Position numbers and translations under genes: made by a program. Below, piece after piece: positions 57,402-64,000 of a DNA stretch of 64,000 nt. Within the stretch, counting starts at the first letter, position 1. Every line of letters begins with the position of its first letter. The notes under the pieces are model-generated. The model saw only the letters and a list, made by a program, of their open reading frames with translations, did no database searches and was not told where the DNA came from. This DNA is from Lepidodermella squamata (taxonomy: Eukaryota > Animalia > Gastrotricha). The stretch lies in NCBI GenBank assembly GCA_047495785.1, contig JBLDXI010000020.1, positions 2,852,001 through 2,916,000 of the forward strand, read 5' to 3'.

Positions 57402-60400
57402 TCAGAACAAAAATCGGCCAGCCTTAACTGCCGAATCATACGTGTCAAAAGCAATATTGTTTTTTGAGCAAGTTTCAGCAAAGTCAACCGCATCACTGAG
57501 GTGAGCCGGCTGATCACCGTTCATCGGTTCAAAATCACCGCCATTATTGATATCATCAGATGCATCCTGAAGCAGTTGCACGACTAAAAAATTTTCATTT
57601 TCCAGCAAATTGAGCAAAGCGATGTCGATAGGGCGACGAAGGCTGAGATTCGACAAATTATGAAAGTCACTTGTCAAGATTTTCGCTAAATTCTTCTCAA
57701 ATCCAGCCAGCCACTTCGACCGAGAATTTTCGATAAAAATCGGAATTTCCGAAAATTTATCAGCGCATTTCGATAAAGGCTGGACCGAGTCAATAATTCC
57801 GGAATTTTTCGCCTCTTCAAACACAGAATTTAGCCATTCGGTAGAAAATTTATTTTCGTTACGATCGAAAATGAAATCCGAGCAACTTTCCGCCATAGAT
57901 TTCGTCGAGAAAAGCACGCGTTTAACAGACGTGAATCGCTTCAAATAGCCTAAATAGGCGCGTAAAAATTGCGAGAAAATCTCCGAATACAGGCTGTCGT
58001 TGTTGGCATTTCGAAGAAACCCAGGCGCGGCGATGTGAGATACAAATACGAGATTTTCGTTGGCACATGGAATCGATGAGGTGGATGATTCGTTGATTTC
58101 GTAAAATTCCTGGGTAAATAACGCGAAAGTGACGACTCGATCCGTTGGCAACGGGCCGTTTTCGAACAGGAAAAAGCTTTTTGATACATAATCAATCTTT
58201 GGCTCGGCGAGTTTCAACAAATTTTGTACGAAGCTGTTGACCTAATACACAAAAAATAATTATATATAAAAATTGCCGAATTAAAGAAAATCAGAAACAA
58301 TTCCAATCAAGAATAAAAATATAACTGTGATTTCCATAGCTCAAAAGTACCAAATTTGGGACAAGAAGAGGCTCGGGAACGGAACCAAATTCCGTGAGTT
58401 ACAATTCACAATAAAATTCTACGAAATTATCTTCAAGAGCCCGGAGTAATCATAATTTTTTGTAATTTTCCCATCGTCCAAGTTCCGCAGCCTAAAAATG
58501 TGGACTAAATGTCCCCAAACATGGTTTTTCGAGTTTCGTGATCTCTTTTAAATGTCAATGCCATTTATATCCGGGTGTAAATGTTCCTATAATCAATTTC
58601 GGGTTTATCATCATTAAATTAGGGCTCTCGCCAGCGAAACGGAAATATAACCGCCATCAATTTTGCTACTTTCGCCAACAAACTGGATTTTCTCCGACAA
58701 ATCCGAAAATACCCGCTGATTAGGCCGAAAACTTTTAGAGACATAGCCTGTCCATGTCAGGTACCTAAATTGATGGCGTTCTCCGTTTCGCTGACGCAAG
58801 CCCCAATTTAATGATGAAAAGCCCGAAATTGACGGTGAAATTTGAATTTTCCGGTTTGTTGATGAAAGTCCCAAAAATTGATGGTGAAACTCTAAATTTG
58901 ATGCTAGAAAGCATTTCCCCTTTATATCCTGTCTAGCCTTATGAATGTAAGAGTCTCTGAAGGTAAAACGCTGCTTCAACCACAAAGACCTTGGCCTTAT
59001 TGTTGACCATCAAAAGCGGAACTTCGAAGCACATTCATCGATTCGACGTACAGCAACGTGACTCATCTCGGCTATTGGTTCTCTACGAATTCAGCTATCT
59101 CAAATAAGCATGACAAAGCGGTCCCAATTGCATTCTTCGCGATTCATACCGACGATGCTGCTTACATTGACGGCTTTCAAGGCTCGATGCCAGGCCGTTT
59201 CCTGCGGGCGATTTATACCCCGATGTAGGATGCTGGCTACTTATTCAAATTAATGTTCGAATACATTATCGAGCAAAGTTGAAGTTAGTGAGCTACCAGG
59301 TGGGGGATGAAGGGTTGTCTATGATCCGAACGAAGAAGAGCAGGAAGCGATTCGTCTTTGCATCCATGAGTGTAAAATTTTTGCTAAAAAATTGCCAGCG
59401 TCAGCTATCAATAGAAAAATGTGCCGTTCTTCACCTGGGTTCTAAAAACCCTATTTACTCTTACTTTATCTCGCAAGTCTCGGATAACTGGATCTGGACG
59501 GGAAACGGAAAGTCCACCTGGCGACACTACTCTGGCGCTGCATTAATGGCGAGGGCCCAGTGGCCATTGCCAACTTTTTTAAACCTCGAAAGCAATCTCA
59601 AACATTTCGGAAGTGCCCGGGGCCAAGCCAGCGATTATGGATCGATGTTTGGCTCACAATGGATCGGTATTTTGGAATTCTCTCCCCGACCACGGATTTT
59701 CTGGCAGGTTATTTCGCAGTAATTATAAGCCAATACACCTTCGATTTTACGCCGAACTCGGATTTTCGAGGAATCGCCCGCGAATTTGTTCTCACGAATC
59801 AAATATCTAGAGAAGAGTCCAGTCGGGTGGCGAGTATGCTGAATCGCTCCAATAGCTACTCTGCTTAAGATTCTTCAAGAGTTCTCTCCTGGCAATATCG
59901 TGTATGCCAACGCGTTATTTTGGTGTCTATAACCGGATCAAACACTCGCCTTCAAAGGTGAGAGGTGTTCTGAGAGGAAACGTTTGAAGAGCAGAATAAC
60001 GGTTCTAGCAGCGGCAAGTTAGTTCGGGAAAAAACTCCCGTAATTGTGATCGGAAAATATGAATCCCCTCGACGTTTCAACCGCTTGAAATATCGAGCCA
60101 TCAGGGCATCTCTATGGAGATGAAAATCACGCTCAAATTAAATGATTTTGAGCTGTAAATTGTTAAGTATTCTAGTTCGCCTTGGGTCTTCCTCAGTTAT
60201 ATTCGAAAATAACAAACAAATTCTATTATTAGTTCTGCCACACCACGAGAAAACATGTTACCATCTACAGCTACGCCTCAACACTACCGAACAAGGAGAT
60301 GAAGACTGTTGTCAAAGGTCTCGAAAAAATGATGGCCATTCTTGGGCCGAGTAAGAAATTTTTTAAGATCGTGGAATTGTAACGGTGTCATCATCAACAC

Positions 60401-61506
60401 AAACTTTGCTGTTAGTCACATTTCCCCGTATTGGAGGGCGCGATTTTACAGCTTACCGCTGCGAAGCAACTTACTCGAAGTGTAAATGATTGCTAAGTAT
60501 ATACTCTAAGTGTAGGGTTCCAGCTCCGAATTTGAGACTCCAGATTTCCCAAACAATAAGAATCTCAGTTTTTGTTATCAACAGGCCTAACCGTCTCCAT
60601 ATTACGCGTATTGTTCGATGTTAGCTGTCAGTTAACGACCTACATAGAACCGATATCGATTCCAAATATCGATTTTATAAATCAGTGATTTTTCCGATAT
60701 CAACCCGCTTGGAACCCATGAGTACATAGCTGAGGGCAAAACGTAGCCATAAAGTAAAAAAATCAGTATCGATCAGCAATAAAAAATCGATATTTGAAAA
60801 CTTCGGATAATTCGATTTTCGAGCTCCACATTGCAAAAATGCTTCAATTTTTGATTTTGTTTAATTTAATTTTTAATCAAAATTTTTGATAAATTCCCGG
60901 TTTGATTTTTTATTAATTCTACAAATTTTAAAAGCCTATTATTATTTTCAGTAAACTCACCCAAATTTTTCTGGCCGCAGAAGCTGATTTTAGCTGAACG
61001 TTGAAAACTTCACCATCAGCTAGCACGAGATGCCGCTCGCGCAAAAAATCGCGAAAAATCGATTGCAACACCGCATCTCGACTGGGTGGCTTCTCCGATT
61101 TTTCCGGCTGACTTTGACGCGTTATTTCGGCAACAGGAGTTGAGGAAACAACCGAATCAGTTGTAATAGAATTAGAGCTGATTTTACAGCTCAAATTCAA
61201 CGCAGATTTGTCATCTTCAATCTGCGGTCCACTTGGCGCTCTCGAAAAATTGTGAGCGTACAGTGGGAGAGGCGATACCAGACTGCCGTGAGCTTGGTTG
61301 AAATTCATCGCAATCGCGTGAGGAACGGGCGTCTCGTAGAACGAATTCATCGGCTCGACTTTCGGCTTTTTCGGCTCGGGTGACTCGGTGTTATCGTGAG
61401 CCGGCGAGTCGCTGCTCGCTCCGCCAGTTTCGCCGCAACTAGCCGGGTGTTTGCTTCGACGATGTGATCGCAGTGAAGCAGGGTGAGTGTAAGTCTTCGG
61501 GCAGAA
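57402..61506 (-). CDS. C2H2 - degenerate p300/CBP HAT fusion, gene 3; exons 61506-60961 and 58241-57402; first exon not located
   Basis: Exon starts FCPKTYTHPASLRSHRRSKH; LQSIFRDFLRE..VQLKSAS; last exon KSFFLFE..FALFTQEF..APGFL..FDTYDSA. Confidence 0.68.
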
Positions 61507-62879
61507 CTGGAGAAATTAAAAGAATGATTTTAGCAAATGCCGTCATTTTAGAAGGCTAAAAATTAAGCTTGTTCTCAAGGAAAATCCTAAAAATTCCCTC
61601 GCTTCGCTAGAATTTTGAATCAGTCGTTGTAGTCGAAGGACTAATATGCGTTTTTTTCATCGCTGTCGGCCTAATCCTGCTGATTGTAATACGACGCCTC
61701 ATTCGCAGTCTGTTTGAAGGTTATCAAACAAAATGACATACAATATGTCCCATTCAAGTAACGCAAGCAAAGAAAATACCCGGAAAAGGGTTCAGAAACT
61801 CAACCACGGAAAATGTGAGACGAAGTCACATCTCATGGCCAAAACTTTTTTTAGAAAAATTCAAAAAATCACAGAAATAGTAGTCAAGTATTTTTTCAAT
61901 TGTTTGCTAATGAGATTAAAAATGTCCGGAGAAATGTGGTCCAACCGGGTAAAATACCGAAAATTACCGAACCAGTTAACATCGGGGTTTTCCGTGTTTT
62001 CTCCGGTCCATTTTTCATTTCTTGAGTTAAATCGTGGATAACAGATAGAACATTCTCTCGGTTAGGTGTAATTTAAAAAAATTACAGGAATTTTTTACAA
62101 AAATTTGCCACATTCAAAAATAAATGCGCAACTTCTGGGACACGTTGTAGAAATTTAAATTCTTAATTATGGCGTGTCAATTTCAGCTGAATTATTTTGT
62201 AAGCAAAACAAATATTGGTTCCATTTTTTCAGCGGAAGTTTTTTCACTCTTGCAAGTTTTCTCATCTGTCGTTGAAATTTAAAGCTAATATAAAAAATTA
62301 GGCCCCGGCAGACCTTGGAAAACCTTGGTGATTCCAAAGACTCGAGTTCAACTACGACTACTGAGCTCGTTCCTCTCGAAAACAATACATCGGCGCAGGA
62401 CAATGACACGCGATAGAATTCGAAATTCTATATGCTGCAACGATTTCTCAAACTTGAACCTTCCGTTAAGCAAATCTCTGGCGAAATAGACATTTCGCTT
62501 TTTCGAGCCAGCGTTAAACAATTAATATTTATTCAATTTTTAAAAATCCCTTCAAAGTAACTGATTTTCTAGTTTTAACATCGTAAAAAACGTATTCCAT
62601 CGCGTATACAACAAAGAGAAGTCGCTTGGCACCAGATCTGGCTGAAAAACTAATATTCTTCTAAACGTCCTACATGGCCCACCTCTGCCAAGTTGCCATG
62701 GTTCCACTGAAAAGAGGTCGTGGTAGACCACCAAAGAATGCTGTTGAACCTGTCGTGGTTGCTGGGCCTGTCCGCACCAGTCTCGAAGTCTCCCCCACCT
62801 GCTGCTAATGCTACGGCTAAGGCTTCTGTTCCTGTCGATTCAAAACCCGCCCCAACCTACGCTTAGCGAACTACGACGT

Positions 62880-63245
62880 TTCTTTCGCGAGAAGAAGTTC
62901 TTTTGAAGAAGATTGCTGGCGACGGCTCTTGCTTGTTCAGGCAGCTGCAGCCGAATGCGGGCAGCTCATTTCGACGCTGCGAACAGATTTCGTTCAATTA
63001 TTCCGGGTGAATTTAGACAGGATGAAAGATTTTCTTCTTGGTTTCTTCGCTGAATGGAGAGTCCACGTTCGAAGTCTCCGACCATGACTACGATGGATGG
63101 GGTTAATGGTTAGTAATTTTCTCTTGAGTAATTTCTCATAATTTCTCTGATTAGTTGACAATTTGGCCCAACCTGGAACCTTCGCATAGAAGCCCTGGTG
63201 GCTATCGCCAAAATGTATGGCGTCCATAATCATACATCACTATAT
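62880..63245 (+). pseudogene. Decayed OTU-protease-like sequence
   Basis: LKKIAGDGSCLFR at 62903-62941, followed by frameshifted sequence. Confidence 0.45.
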
Positions 63246-63249
63246 AGGC

Positions 63250-63647
63250 CCGAGTTGTACGAAATATTTGCAACCGGATGATTTGTCCTGGAATAAACCG
63301 TTCAAAGATTACTTTCGGGAAAAATACGACGACTGGATGTTGAACAACACTAGCAACGACGAATAGCCGAAGCCGGAGTTGATCTGTCAATGGCTTGTTG
63401 AAGCCTGGAAAAGTACTTCGCCTGAGATGATTCGATATTTTCCTCTGCGGAATCACTTCCCTAGATGAAGCAGTGGTATTTTAACCTAGCAAGCCTTTGG
63501 TAACGGCCATGACCAACTTATGGAACGAACGGGTACGGTTGCTACATTGACGTTTGAGAATTAACAATCGCCTCCCTCGATTCGCGACCCGATTTTTATC
63601 ACTTATTTTGAGTTCGGAATTTCGCTATTATTCGACGAATTACGGTA
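63250..63647 (+). mobile_element. 3' fragment of a pogo/Tigger-like DDE transposon
   Basis: CTKYLQPDDLSWNKPFKDY..YDDW and WLVEAWK; terminus TATTCGACGAATTACGG|TA. Confidence 0.7.
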
Positions 63648-64000
63648 ATGGCCGCGGCCATTATGACAACCTCCGCAAACCTTGAACTATTTCATTTGTT
63701 TTTTTTGTAATAAATACGCGTTTTCTATCAACTTTAATGACGCATACCACCGGTGATAATCAAAGAAAAATTGACCGCTAACTTCCAGCGGGCTAAAAAA
63801 TTTCAAAATGACAAAGAAGAATCGACAGGTAAATTAAATAAATTTTTGGAGGTCATCTTGTGTTTGTAAAATATGTGGAAAAATGGCTGAAATCCGAAAA
63901 TCGATAAAATGAAAAAGTAAAGGCTGTAATCGATAATTTCAGATTTCAGGAAAAATCAGAATATATTGTTCCTAGCTGAAATTATACAAATTAAAAATGT

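Noticed and set aside
59279-59900. ORF containing IEKCAVLHLGSKNP
   Set aside because: Looks like scrambled CR1/L2-type RT debris within an intron; too degraded to delimit

Overview
AT-rich eukaryotic DNA from an invertebrate animal (50-65 nt GT-AG introns; TCAGT initiator-like motifs suggest an arthropod, but the taxon cannot be fixed from sequence alone). (1) 1-30.3 kb: tandem array of ancestrally intronless, highly divergent GABA-B-like class C GPCRs in three subtypes (B and C on +, D on -): six full-length coding regions, one of them split by a transposon, plus three C-type 3' fragments, interspersed with RLE retrotransposons, a CACTA element, a Crypton and TIR elements. (2) 31.7-37.6 kb and 57.4-61.5 kb: three spliced minus-strand genes that fuse C2H2 zinc fingers to a stand-alone p300/CBP-type (KAT11) acetyltransferase domain with replaced catalytic residues. 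This is the best candidate for an undescribed system. (3) A compact Cdc25, a single-pass membrane protein fragment, and two tandem divergent nuclear receptors, the first carrying a young, intact, self-priming chromodomain Ty3/gypsy element in intron 1. Second highlight: the CACTA insertion in one GPCR carries in-frame splice signals in its own TIRs, so it may act as a new intron. All family assignments come from motif recognition by eye; no searches were run.
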